The position numbers and the translations under genes were made by a program. Below are positions 1 to 11,589 of a DNA stretch of 64,000 bases, in pieces. The notes beneath the pieces are model-generated. The model was not told the DNA's origin. It saw only the letters and a list, made by a program, of their open reading frames with translations, and made no database searches. Position 1 is the first letter of the stretch. Each line of letters begins with the position of its first letter. Source of the stretch: Ranitomeya imitator (Eukaryota); the NCBI RefSeq assembly GCF_032444005.1, contig NC_091282.1:425320001-425384000 (forward strand), written 5' to 3'.

Positions 1-721
1 CACAATCCTTGGCGTGGAGAGGATGCGTTCCATCTCAAGGTGCAAGGTGGTTAGGTGGACTTTCCCAGTAACAGCATTGTTGAGGGCAAGGGTAATGTTG
101 AGGGACACATGCTGGTATAATACGGCACACCAGGAGAAATAGTGGCGACTGGGGACCGAATACCTTGGGACAACCGAAACCATCAGGTTGTGGAAAGCTT
201 CCATCTCAATGAGTCTAAAAGGCAACATTTCAAGAGCAAGCAGAAGAGAAATGTTAGAATTTAGTACTGTGGCCTCTCGGGCGTTGTCTGGGTATTTCCG
301 CTTGAAACCAAAGGGCACTTCAAGTTGACTGGCTGAGAGTCCAGAATCTTGAAAGACAAAGCTGAACAGCTCTTCAAAGTGTCCAATTCTGGGATCAGTT
401 GTCTCAGGGAACTCGGCATGGTGGAAGGAAGATCTGGGTGAGGAATATCCGGTTCACACTCATGGTTACTCAGACTTGACCGTGTGGAAGACATGGTGGT
501 GGCTAAGGGACTGAAATCTTTATCCACTATCCAACCAACAATCGTAACACACTACTCTGGCTTTAAAAGTGGAGTGCAGCGATCCCCTAGAAACTGGGAC
601 AGGAAGGTTGAGTGAGAAGATGTGAGTCTTTGTTGTGGCCCATTTTCAGCGTGGCCACAGCCTCGTCCTCTGTATGCACCATCAGCATCACATCCACTTC
701 CCCATCCCTTGCCTTGCCCAT
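1..721 (-). pseudogene. hAT transposase N-terminal remnant, BED finger deleted
   Basis: Probable start ATG at 721-719 (MGKAR...). Aligns to copy 2 but skips about 700 bp (equivalent to ~59205-59920) that contains the BED finger. Stops and frameshifts present. Confidence 0.6.
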
Positions 722-799
722 TTTAAATTGACTACTGAACTATTTCAAAAGCTTAACACAAATGTGTTTTTTTGCAGCAAAATTATATCTGATCAGTAT

Positions 800-2275
800 G
801 CCTTCAAAGCTTCGATTTTTCCACCACAGATACAAGAGGTTGCAGCCACAGATAACAGACTGTATAATTATTTTTTCTGATGTATGTGAAATTTGGGGGA
901 AAAAAAGAGTACGACAAGGCTAGCACACAGAAGTATGCTATGTATGACTGCGAGACTACGATTTTTTCACGACAGATACACCAGGCCTCAGCCTGACGTA
1001 ACAGACTGTATAAAAAAAAAATTTTTGTTTTTGGTGAATTTTTGAAAAAATTAAAAAAAGAGTAGAACATGGCCAGCACAAACAAATATGCTACGTATGC
1101 CTCCGAAGCTACAATTTTGCCACCACAGATACAACAGGCCTCAGCATGACATAACAGACTGTATACAATTTTTTGTCTTTTGGTGAATTTTGGAAAAAAA
1201 TAAAAAAAAGTAGAATTAGTCTAGCACACAGAACTATGCTACTTATGCCTTTGAAACTACGATTTTTCCACCACAGATACACCAGGCCGCAGCCACAGAT
1301 AACAGATTGTATAAAATATTTTTTTGTTTTTTGTTGAATTTTTTAAAAAAAAAGTAGAACAAGGCTGGCACACAGAACTATGATACGTATGCCTGAGAAA
1401 CTATGATTTTTCCACCACAGATACACCAGGACACAGCCACAGATAACAGACTGTATAATTTTATTTTCTGTTGTATGTGAAATTTGCAAAAAAAAATAAA
1501 AGTGAGTACAAGAAGGCTAGCAGAAAGAACTATGAAACTTATGCCTGCGAAGCTATGATTTTTCTACCACAGGCTATAACAGACTGTATAATTATTTTTT
1601 TGGTGATTTTTTTTTACAAAAAAGAGTGGCACAAGGCTAGCAGACAGAACTATGCAGCTTATGCTTGCGAAGCTACAATTTTTCCTCCACAGATACAACA
1701 GGCCTCATCCAGACATAACAGACTGTATACATTTTATTGGTTTTTGGTGAATTTTTGAAAAGAAAAAAGAGTAGAGCAAGGCTAGTACAAAGAACTATGC
1801 TGCATATGCCTGAAAAACTACAATTTTTCCACCACAGATACACCAGGCCGCAGCCTCAGATAACAGACTGTATAATTATGTGTGTTGTTGTATGTGAAGT
1901 TTGCAAAAATATTAAAAATGAGTACAACAAGGTTATCAGACAGAACTATGCTACTTATGCATGCAAAACTGCAATTTTTCCACCACAGATACACCAGGCC
2001 TCAGCCTGACATAACAGACTGTATAAAATATTTTTTGTTTTTTGGTGAGTTTTTTAAAAAGGAAAAGAAGGCTAGCACACAGAACTATGATATGTATGTC
2101 TGTGAAACTACGATTTTTCCACCATAGATACACCAGGCCGCAGCCAAAGATAACAGACTGTATAATTTTTTTCTCTTGTATGTGAAATTTTGCAAACAAT
2201 TAAAAATGAGTACAACAAGGTTATAAGACAGAACTATGAAACGTATGCCTGCAAAGCCTCAGATAACAGACTGAT
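800..2275. repeat. Tandem array, ~135-150 bp unit, ~11 copies
   Basis: Anchor (G/C)ATAACAGACTGTATA near 851, 997, 1149, 1298, 1442, 1573, 1712, 1859, 2009, 2149, 2261; CCACCACAGATACACCAGG also recurs. Confidence 0.9.
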
Positions 2276-3104
2276 CAAAATGTGGCCTTGATTTTTTTGG
2301 GCACAACTAATTTGTGTCAGCGAGTTGGCTATGACACACAAAAAAGATTTTTTTGAAGCACTCACATCTGGTGCCTGGGACAAAAAATGGTAGATTTGCA
2401 CGTTCTTCGATTACAATAACCTGGCTGTAGTAGGCAGCCTGACCAAGCAAGTAAATGTTGAAATAAGGGGGCTATGGATTGCTTTAGAATAAAAGGAGCA
2501 GGTATAAGGTGAAGAAAAAAAGCCACAGAAAACTGCAGCTAGGTATATATTACTTAAGCAGCAGCAGACAGTAATGGAGCTATTGCAGGTATGCAGTGAG
2601 AGCTATGTACTCACATACAATGCCTGCAGTCTTTGCATTGATGAGGATATGTACACATAGACTCCCTTGCCTACCTAGCGCTGCAATCTCTGGACCCGCG
2701 AATTAGCCCTAAAAAGGACTGTTGGTTTCTCAGGAGTTGTGGACTGAACAGTTGTAGATCTACACTAACTATTAAAAGGACAATTCTGACCCTATCTCAG
2801 GAGCTGCTGTCCCTACAGTCACTAAGTCCTGAGCAGAATGTGGCAAGCAGGGCGGCGCTAGGTCTCTTATAGACCTGATGACGCTGTGTGGCCAGCCAAT
2901 CACTGTAATACCACAACAAAGATGGCTGCGGCATTACAGTGCATGGCTGACAATCCCTGTACTGTCAATGGCACCAGAATTGCAGGGCGGAGACCCAGGC
3001 TCCCGCTGAATAATCCCAGAAATACTCAGTGCTCGCTGAGTATACCAAGCACAGTAATACTTGGGCGCATACCGAATAGTGGCAAGCACGTTTGCCCATC
3101 ACTT

Positions 3105-4228
3105 GCACTGGTAATAAGTTCAATAGCACAATCATAGGGGTGATGGGGAGGTAATATCTCAACCTCTTTTTCCGAGAACACATCTCTGAAGTCCTTCAGG
3201 TACACCGGAAGCCCCTTCAAACTAGAGGAGCATATTTGTAAATTTTTTAGTCATTTTTTGTAACACTTGGGGCTCTATTTCACACACTCCTGCTGACAAC
3301 AATGAATAACAGAATTGTGAATCTGCAACCATGGAAACCCCAGTACCAATCCAGCAGGTAAATTATCCATCACAAAACAGGAGATGGATTCAGAGTGGAG
3401 TGCTTCCACTTGGAGAGTGTAATCCACTATTGCTCTCTTGACCAAATTGTAAGCTAACAGTGTCTTATCAAGGGCACTGACGTCACAGCCACTGCCGGCA
3501 GTGAGGGTCTATGGGGGTCTTCATTAATTTATTTATCTGACCCTGCAACAGATATTGTGATGACTACAGACTCTGGCAATCCATAGCCAGATCATGAGTT
3601 AGCTGGTCACAAACCACATGAACAAGATAAATACTGGCAAAAAATAAAAACGTATTGGCCAGATGTAATGTGACGCTAGTCACTTGTCACAGCAAAGCCA
3701 TGAGTCAGAATGGTCAAGGAGTCTAAGATCAGAATCCAAGAGGATATGTCAAACAGAAGGAAGAGGCAAAAGCGTGGTCAGGTAACGTTCCGAGGTCAGA
3801 ATACCATGATGATAAAGGATCAGAGCAGAAGGGGTTAAACAGTCAGATGGTCAGAATGAAGTCCAAGGTCAAGCAGCAAAATATCAAGCATACAGAGCTC
3901 AAGGCACAGGAAGCACAAACCTCACTTGTTTAATATACATCTAGCAGAGGTCTGGGAGAAGTAGCTCAGTTAATTGGCATGGCAATCACTCAGGATAATG
4001 AAGACATGAAGACAGCCGATGCATCCCTGTCTCAGATTGGATAGTCGAGTTGTCAATCAACACACTGGTAGCTCAGCACGCCCTGTACCGGATTGGATGA
4101 CCGAGATGTCAGTAACTGCATCCCAGACACACTGAGGGGTGGAACCGTGACAGGCAGCACCTGTATGTTGAGGCATCTGAATTTCAAGCACAAGGGGCAG
4201 TGGAGTACACACCTTTAAAAGCATGACA
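3105..4228 (-). mobile_element. Old Gypsy remnant H (putative LTR 3664-4228 plus gag/protease/RT-start fragments)
   Basis: Minus-strand ILPPHHPYDCAIELI (pre-RT motif) at ~3105-3170 and a degenerate LGFPWLQ-like region at ~3330; TGTCATG...TTACA-like termini. Confidence 0.45.
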
Positions 4229-4255
4229 GATCTGAGCCTCCTCCTGCTCCCTCTT

Positions 4256-5010
4256 TGTAACAATTGGAAACGGAGTCACAGATGGTGATGTTCACATTCG
4301 TTTTTATTGAAGATTAAAGTGGAACCTAGGGGACACGGTCTGGGAGGCGTGACTATGTGAGCCCCAGACACCCGTGGTAAGACCCCTCGAACAGGGTCAG
4401 AATGGGATGCCTGGGGGACACGGGTGCTACCTCCAGTTAGACACCGGACTCGTGGTAGCTGACCCAGTGAGACAGATGGACAAGCGGGGTTTGCAGATGA
4501 TGTAGAGCTAACAGGTGGGTACCGGGGGTACGGGTGGAAGCTGGCTATGGTGGTACTGACGTTGTCCAGAGGTACGGGTAACTGAATGTTGGGATGAGTC
4601 GGAAATGGAGTAGGCAGATTGGAGGTCATCCAGGAAAGCCAGGTAACGGGTAGCAGATAGTCTGTGGAGAAAAACAGTGTAAGCGGAGCACTGGCAGAGA
4701 ACTTCCGAAACTGAAGCACATGCTAGCAGAAACCAGAAGTTAGGAACAGAGGATACTTGTTGCTACGGCACTCTCCCTTTAGTGGAGGGGTTAGAAATAG
4801 TGATCATTAACACGCCATTGGTCAGAAGCACTTACTGAAAAATGCACTCTGTCTCTTTAAGAGACCGGGAGCACGCGCGACCTAAGCGCATGCCAGGAAG
4901 CAGAGGAGGAAAGGGAAGCATAGGCTGTTTTGGGAAAGCGTGGAGCCGGCACAGAGTGGGAGCCCCGATGGGCACCCCGCAAAGGTACAGGGATCGGACC
5001 GGGTGTAACA
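4256..5010 (-). repeat. 3' LTR of G
   Basis: Begins TGTTACACCCGG on the minus strand after the purine tract AAGAAGGGAATAC; homologous to 36370-37168. Confidence 0.85.
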
Positions 5011-5029
5011 GTATTCCCTTCTTTATGCC

Positions 5030-5601
5030 CCCTCTTTTTCAAGCTTGCATAGAATAATTTCACAAGGAGGGGGGCCTGGATATTCTCTTTAGGGTCCCAT
5101 GACCTGTCCTCAGGACAAAAGCCCCTCCAATCCACCAAATAATAAATCTTACCCTTTACACTTTTAGTGGCCAAGATACCTCAAAAACATTCTCCTCACT
5201 GACGGGGTCAGGAGTGGAACCTGGGTCTTTAAAGAAGGAGCTCAAAACTACTGATTTGAGGAGGGAAACATGAAAAGAGTTAGGCACACGCAAAGAAGCA
5301 GGCAATTTCAATTTGTATGAGACTACATTGATCTGTTTCAAGACTTCAAATGAACTGATAAAGCGGGGACCCAGTTTGTATGAGGGCACCTTCAGACGGA
5401 TATACCTAGTGGAGAGCTACACCTCATCTTTGGGCCGAAAGATGGCTGCATTCAGACGTCTTTTGTCCGCATGCTTCTTCATACATTGTGACACTTTCTC
5501 CATGGTGACCTTGGTGTCGCTCCATACTTTCGAGAATTCCCCAGTAAAGATGTCAGCTGCAGGGACACCTGAAGGCCCAGAGATGGGAAGAAGGATCCTG
5601 A
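5030..5601 (-). pseudogene. G integrase C-terminus and chromodomain, frameshifted
   Basis: Track ORFs: KLGPRFISSFEVLKQIN (GPY/F), YYLVDWRGFCPEDRSWDPKENI (chromodomain). Confidence 0.85.
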
Positions 5602-5814
5602 TGTAACAGGCCAGATTACCCCCCAACCAGAATATACCCAGGTTAAAGGGGCCTAGCCACATTATACCCCAGGTATATTCTGGCCTAGGCCAAACTATAC
5701 CCCGGGGTGTATATTGGACTAGGCCAGTTTATACTCCTCTGGGCCAGAATATACCCCAGCTGCTGTAGATCAGAATTCTCATGCTTTTGAGAACCATTAA
5801 GTGATAAACTTAAT

Positions 5815-6129
5815 AACGGGGCCCGAGTCAGTGCACAGGGGCTCCAGACAGCAAACAGGGGCCCCAGGCAGTACACAGGGGAGCAGGGACATTGAATGGG
5901 GCCCCAGGCAGTGCAAGGGGCCCCAGACATCGCACAGGATTAAGTGATATACTCAAGAACGGGGCCCTAGGCAGTGCACAGTGGGGCAGAGACAGCGAAC
6001 GGGGTCCCAGACAGCACATGGGGGGCAGAGACAGCGAACGGGACCCCAGGCAGCACATGCGGAGGCAGAGACAACGAATGGCACACAGGGGGCAGAGACA
6101 GCGAATGGGGTCTGAGGCAGTACACCAAG
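5815..6129 (+). repeat. GC-rich minisatellite (GGGGCCCCAGGCAGCACAC-type, ~20 bp), left arm part 1
   Basis: Repeated GGGGCCCCAGGCAG and GGGGCAGAGACAGCG units. Confidence 0.85.
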
Positions 6130-6943
6130 TGTTGTGAATTCTGTGGCAGAGCTCCCTCCTGTGGTCACAAGTGGTACTTCGGCTGATTCTCTCTGTCAGC
6201 TTCCGTTGGTGGAGGAGAGTGGTACTGCGGCTTCTGAGTTTCCTTCCTCAGGTGATGTGGTGAAGTCGTTAGGTGCTGCTCTATTTAACTCCACCTAGTG
6301 CTTTGATCCTGGCCTCCAGTCAATGTTCTAGTATTGGACCTGTTTCCTCCTGGATCGTTCCTGTGGCCTGCTGCTCTGCATAGCTAAGTTCCGCTTTTGC
6401 TATTTGTTTGCTGTTTTTTTCTGTCCAGCTTGCTTATTTTGTTTTTTCTTGCTTGCTGGAAGCTCTGGGACGCAGAGGGTGTACCTCCGTGCCGTTAGTT
6501 CGGTACGGAGGGTCTTTTTGCCCCCTTTGCGTGGTTTTTGTAGGGTTTTGTGTTGACCGCAAAGTTACCTTTCCTATCCTCGCTCTGTTCAGAAGGTCCG
6601 GCCTCACTTTGCTAAATCTGTTTCATCTCTACGTTTGTCTTTTCATCTTAACTCACAGTCATTATATGTGGGGGCTGCCTTTTCCTTTGGGGTATTTCTC
6701 TGAGGCAAGGTAGGCTTATTTTCTATCTTCAGGCTAGCTAGTTTCTCAGGCTGTGCCGAGTTGCATAGGGAGCGTTAGGCGCAATCCACGGCTGCCTCTA
6801 GTGTGGTTGGAGACGATTAGGGATTGCGGTCAGCAGAGTTCCCACGTCTCAGAGCTCGTTCTATGTTTTTGGGTTATTGTCAGGTCACTGTATGTGCTCT
6901 GACCTCTATGTCCATTGTGGTACTGAATTAACTTATCAGAACA
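6130..6943 (+). repeat. 5' LTR of A (814 bp)
   Basis: TGTTGTGA...TCAGAACA; TATTTAA at 6282. Confidence 0.9.
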
Positions 6944-6945
6944 GT

Positions 6946-6955
6946 ACTGGAGGCC
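6946..6955 (+). promoter_or_regulatory. Self-priming site of A, complementary to 6311-6320
   Basis: ACTGGAGGCC, 2 nt after the LTR, is the reverse complement of GGCCTCCAGT ~30 nt downstream of the TATA; there is no tRNA-type TGG. Confidence 0.75.
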
Positions 6956-7080
6956 TAAAGTACTAATGATTCTCAATAGAGGGAAAAAAGAAGTTCTGAG
7001 ACCATTTTTTTTTCTCTGCACTGTGTTTTGCCTTTTTTTTTTCCCTAGACATTTGGGTGGTTCAGGACCCAGGTGTAGCG

Positions 7081-7674
7081 ATGGACATTAAAGGTCTGTC
7101 TTCATGTGTGGATCAGCTCACGGCAAGAGTACAAAATATTCAAGACTTTGTGGTTCAGAATTCTATGTTAGAACCGAGAATTCCTATTCCTGATTTGTTT
7201 TTTGGAGATAGAACTAAATTTCTGAGTTTCAAAAATAATTGTAAACTATTTCTGGCTTTGAAACCTCGCTCCTCTGGTGACCCAGTTAAACAAGTTAGGA
7301 TCGTTATTTCTTTTTTACGTGGCGACCCTCAGGACTGGGCATTTTCTCTTGCGTCAGGAGATCCTGCATTAAGTAATATCGATGCTTTTTTCCTGGCGCT
7401 CGGATTGCTGTACGATGAACCTAATTCAGTGGATCAGGCAGAGAAAAATTTGCTGGCTCTGTGTCAGGGTCAGGATGAGATAGAGGTATATTGTCAGAAA
7501 TTTAGAAAGTGGTCCGTTCTCACTCAATGGAATGAAGGTGCGCTCGCAGCTATTTTCAGAAAGGGTCTCTCTGAAGCCCTTAAGGATGTCATGTTGGGAT
7601 TTCCTATGCCTGCTGGTCTGAATGAGTCTATGTCTTTGGCCATTCAGATCGGTCGACGCTTTGGCCAAGAATAA
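7081..7674 (+). pseudogene. A gag (RTL1/PEG10-like), truncated by deletion of the zinc knuckle and protease active site
   Basis: PDLFFGDRTKFLSFKNNC...LRGDPQDWA; versus B, sequence jumps from AIQIGRR to the LAKNKPQ protease region. Confidence 0.85.
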
Positions 7675-8038
7675 GCCTCAGTACTGGACCCAGCTGTGCA
7701 TGGCTCCTGCACATCAGGAGGTTATACGCTTTCTGGTGTTGCATAATCTGCATGATGTGGTCGTGTTGGGGTTTCCATGGCTACAAGTCCATAATCCAGT
7801 ATTAGATTGGAAATCCATGTCTGTGTCCAGCTGGGGTTGTCAGGGGGTACATGGTGCTGTCCCATTTCTGTCTATTTCGTCATCCTCCCCTTCTGAGGTT
7901 CCAGAGTTCTTGTCTGATTACCGGGATGTATTTGATGAGCCCAAGTCCGATACCCTACCTCCGCATAGGGATTGTGATTGTGCTATCGATTTCATTCCTG
8001 GTAGTAAGTTTCCTAAAGGTTGACTGTTTAATTTATCT

Positions 8039-10627
8039 GTGCCTGAGCACGCCGCTATGTGGAGTTATGTGAAGGAGTCCTTGGAGAAAGGGAATATTCG
8101 CCCATCATCGTCGTCATTAGGATTCTTTTTTGTAGCCAAGAAGGATGGTTCGCTGAGACCTTGTATAGATTACCGCCTTCTAAATAAGATCACGGTTAAA
8201 TTTCAGTACCCCTTGCCGTTGTTATCTGATTTGTTTGCTCGGATTAAGGGGGCTAGTTGGTTCACCAAGATAGATCTTCGTGGTGCGTATAATCTTGTGC
8301 GTATTAAGCGAGGCGATGAATGGAAAACTGCATTTAATACGCCCGAGGGCCATTTTGAGTATCTAGTAATGCCATTCAGACTTGCCAATGCTCCATCAGT
8401 GTTTCAGTCCTTTATGGATGACATCTTTCGAGAGTACCTGGATAAATTCCTGATTGTATACTTGGATGACATTTTGATCTTCTCGGATGATTGGGAGTCT
8501 CATGTGAATCAAGTCAGAACGGTGTTTCAGGTCCTGCGTGCTAATTCTTTGTTTGTGAAGGGATCAAAGTGTCTCTTTGGTGTTCAGAAGGTTTCATTTT
8601 TGGGGTTCATCTTTTCCCCTTCTACTATCGAGATGGACCCTGTTAAGGTCCAAGCCATCCATGATTGGACTCAGCCGACATCTCTGAAGAGTCTGCAAAA
8701 GTTCCTGGGCTTTGCTAATTTTTATCGTCGCTTCATCTGCAATTTTTCTAGTATTGCTAAACCATTGACCGATTTGACCAAGAAGGGTGCTGATGTGGTC
8801 AATTGGTCTTCTGCTGCTGTGGAAGCTTTTCAAGAGTTGAAGCGTCGTATTTCTTCTGCCCCTGTGTTGTGTCAACCAGATGTTTCGCTTCCATTCCAGG
8901 TCGAGGTTGATGCTTCTGAGATTGGAGCAGGGGCTGTTTTGTCGCAGAGAAGTTCTGATTGCTCGGTGATGAAACCATGCGCCTTCTTTTCCTGGAAGTT
9001 TTCGCCTGCTGAGCGAAATTATGATGTGGGCAATCGAGAGTTTCTGGCCATGAAGTGGGCATTCGAGGAGTGGCGTCATTGGCTTGAAGGAGCTAAGCAT
9101 CGCGTGGTGGTCTTGACTGATCATAAGAACTTGACTTATCTCGAGTCTGCCAAGCGGTTGAATCCTAGACAGGCTCGTTGGTCGTTGTTTTTTGCCCGTT
9201 TTGACTTTGTGATTTCGTACCTTCCGGGCTCTAAAAATGTGAAGGCGGATGCTCTGTCTAGGAGTTTTGTGCCCGACTCTCAGGGTTTATCTGAGCCGGC
9301 GGGTATCCTCAAAGAGGGAGTAATTGTGTCTGCCATCTCCCCTGATTTGCGGCGGGTGCTGCAAAAATTTCAGGCTAATAAACCTGATCGTTGCCCAGCG
9401 GAGAAACTGTTTGTCCCTGATAGGTGGACGAATAAAGTTATCTCTGAGGTTCATTGTTCGGTGTTGGCTGGTCATTCTGGAATCTTTGGTACCAGAGAGT
9501 TAGTGGCTAGATCCTTTTGGTGGCCTTCTCTGTCGCGGGATGTGCATTCTTTTGTGCAGTCCTGTGGGATTTGTGCTCGGGCTAAGCCCTGCTGTTCTCG
9601 TGCCAGTGGGTTGCTTTTGCCCTTGCCGGTCCCGAAGAGGCCTTGGACACATATCTCTATGGATTTTATTTCAGATCTTCCCGTCTCTCAAAAGATGTCA
9701 GTCATTTGGGTGGTCTGTGATCGCTTCTCTAAGATGGTCCATTTGGTACCCTTGTCTAAATTGCCTTCCTCCTCTGATTTGGTGCCATTTTTCTTCCAGC
9801 ATGTGGTTCGTTTACATGGCATTCCAGAGAATATCGTTTCTGACAGAGGTTCCCAGTTTGTTTCGAGGTTTTGGCGAGCCTTTTGTGGTAGGATGGGCAT
9901 TGACTTGTCTTTTTCCTTGGCTTTCCATCCTCAGACTAATGGCCAGACCGAAAGAACCAATCAGACCTTGGAAACATATCTGAGATGCTTTGTTTCTGCT
10001 GATCAGGATGACTGGGTGTCCTTTTTGCCTTTGGCTGAGTTCGCCCTTAATAATCGGGCCAGCTCGGCTACCTTGGTTTCACCGTTTTTCTGCAACTCTG
10101 GGTTCCATCCTCGTTTCTTTTCAGGACAGGTTGAGTCTTCGGACTGTCCTGGTGTGGATACTGTGGTGGACAGGTTGCAGCAGATTTGGACTCATGTAGT
10201 GGACAATTTGACCTTGTCCCAGGAGAAGGCTCAACGTTTCGCTAATCGCAGACGCTGTGTGGGTCCCCGACTTCGTGTTGGGGATTTGGTTTGGTTATCT
10301 TCTCGTCATATTCCTATGAAGGTTTCCTCTCCTAAGTTTAAACCTCGTTTCATTGGTCCGTATAGGATTTCTGAGGTTCTTAATCCTGTGTCTTTTCATC
10401 TGACCCTTCCAGATTCTTTTTCCATACATAACGTATTCCATAGGTCATTGTTGCGGAGATACGTGGCACCTATGGTTCCATCTGTTGATCCTCCTGCCCC
10501 GGTTTTGGTGGACGGGGAGTTGGAGTATATTGTGGAGAAGATTTTGGATTCTCGTGTTTCAAGACGGAAACTCCAGTATCTGGTTAAGTGGAAGGGTTAT
10601 GCTGCGGATGTACCTCCGTGCCGTTAG
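8039..10627 (+). CDS. A pol: RT (YLDD), RNase H, integrase (HHCC, DDE, GPY/F), half chromodomain; open for 862 aa but separated from the protease remnant by TGA at 8021-8023
   Basis: Track ORF motifs IVYLDDILIF, EVDASEIG, TDHKNL, ISMDFI, SDRGSQF, GQTERTN, RFIGPY, YLVKWKGY. Confidence 0.85.
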   Translation: MPEHAAMWSYVKESLEKGNIRPSSSSLGFFFVAKKDGSLRPCIDYRLLNKITVKFQYPLPLLSDLFARIKGASWFTKIDLRGAYNLVRIKRGDEWKTAFNTPEGHFEYLVMPFRLANAPSVFQSFMDDIFREYLDKFLIVYLDDILIFSDDWESHVNQVRTVFQVLRANSLFVKGSKCLFGVQKVSFLGFIFSPSTIEMDPVKVQAIHDWTQPTSLKSLQKFLGFANFYRRFICNFSSIAKPLTDLTKKGADVVNWSSAAVEAFQELKRRISSAPVLCQPDVSLPFQVEVDASEIGAGAVLSQRSSDCSVMKPCAFFSWKFSPAERNYDVGNREFLAMKWAFEEWRHWLEGAKHRVVVLTDHKNLTYLESAKRLNPRQARWSLFFARFDFVISYLPGSKNVKADALSRSFVPDSQGLSEPAGILKEGVIVSAISPDLRRVLQKFQANKPDRCPAEKLFVPDRWTNKVISEVHCSVLAGHSGIFGTRELVARSFWWPSLSRDVHSFVQSCGICARAKPCCSRASGLLLPLPVPKRPWTHISMDFISDLPVSQKMSVIWVVCDRFSKMVHLVPLSKLPSSSDLVPFFFQHVVRLHGIPENIVSDRGSQFVSRFWRAFCGRMGIDLSFSLAFHPQTNGQTERTNQTLETYLRCFVSADQDDWVSFLPLAEFALNNRASSATLVSPFFCNSGFHPRFFSGQVESSDCPGVDTVVDRLQQIWTHVVDNLTLSQEKAQRFANRRRCVGPRLRVGDLVWLSSRHIPMKVSSPKFKPRFIGPYRISEVLNPVSFHLTLPDSFSIHNVFHRSLLRRYVAPMVPSVDPPAPVLVDGELEYIVEKILDSRVSRRKLQYLVKWKGYAADVPPCR

Positions 10628-11072
10628 TTCGGTACGGAGGGTCTTTTTGCCCCCTTTGCGTGGTTTTTGTAGGGTTTTGTGTTGACCGCAAAGTTACCTT
10701 TCCTATCCTCGCTCTGTTCAGAAGGTCCGGCCTCACTTTGCTAAATCTGTTTCATCTCTACGTTTGTCTTTTCATCTTAACTCACAGTCATTATATGTGG
10801 GGGCTGCCTTTTCCTTTGGGGTATTTCTCTGAGGCAAGGTAGGCTTATTTTCTATCTTCAGGCTAGCTAGTTTCTCAGGCTGTGCCGAGTTGCATAGGGA
10901 GCGTTAGGCGCAATCCACGGCTGCCTCTAGTGTAGTTGGAGAGGATTAGGGATTGCGGTCAGCAGAGTTCCCACGTCTCAGAGCTTGTTCTATGTTTTTG
11001 GGTTATTGTCAGGTCACTGTATGTGCTCTGACCTCTATGTCCATTGTGGTACTGAATTACCTTATCATGACA
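10609..11072 (+). repeat. 3' LTR remnant of A
   Basis: Matches 6480-6943 with about 6 differences by eye; the chromodomain end, PPT and first ~350 bp of the LTR are deleted. Confidence 0.9.
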
Positions 11073-11078
11073 ACCAAG

Positions 11079-11589
11079 GCCCCAAGCAGTGCACAGGGTC
11101 CCAGGCAGCTCACGGGGCCCAGGTAGCACACGAGGGCCACAGGCATTGCACAGGGCCCCAAGCAGCACACAGAGGCTGCAGGCAGCACACGGGGAAGAGA
11201 CAGCGAACAAGGTCCCAGGCAGCACATGGGGAGGCAGAGACACTGAACGGCACACGTGGGGCAGAGACAGAGAACAGGGTCTGAGGCAGTTCACGGGGGC
11301 CCCAGAAAATGCACAGGGCCCCAGGCAGCACATGGGGCCCCAGGCAGCGCACAGGGCCCCAGGCAGCACACAGGGGCCCCAGGCAACACAAGGGGCAGAG
11401 ACAGCAAATGGGGCCCCTATGAGTGCACGGGGCCCTAGGCAGCGCACGGGGCCCCAGGCAGCACACAGGGGCCTTAAGCAGTGCACAGGGGTCCTAGACA
11501 TCACACAGGGGTCCCAGACATCACACATTGCACAGGGGCCCCAAACATCACACAGGGGCCCCAGACATTGCACAGGATTGAGTGATATC
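11079..11589 (+). repeat. GC-rich minisatellite, left arm part 2 of the foldback element
   Basis: Same units and orientation as 5815-6129. Confidence 0.85.

Larger units (their letters stand above)
1..3104 (-). mobile_element. Decayed hAT (BED-finger/ZBED-type) DNA transposon, cut by the window edge
   Basis: 1-721 is homologous to the hAT transposase remnant at 57935-60343. Internal tandem array at 800-2275. End TTTGCCCATCACTT (3091-3104) resembles the TTCGCTCATCACTA terminus; 2885-2960 is the reverse complement of sequence near the left end of the 40827 element. Confidence 0.65.
6130..11072 (+). mobile_element. Gypsy chromovirus element A with internal deletions
   Basis: LTR 6130-6943 and truncated LTR 10609-11072; TSD ACCAAG (6124-6129, 11073-11078); gag and pol ORFs between. 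Confidence 0.92.

Noticed and set aside
5602-5800. Regularly spaced GGTATATTCTGGCCTAGGCC repeats that resemble a CRISPR array (also 39505-39760 and 40260-40474)
   Set aside because: There are no unique spacers or cas genes and the context is eukaryotic; they are subterminal TIR repeats.
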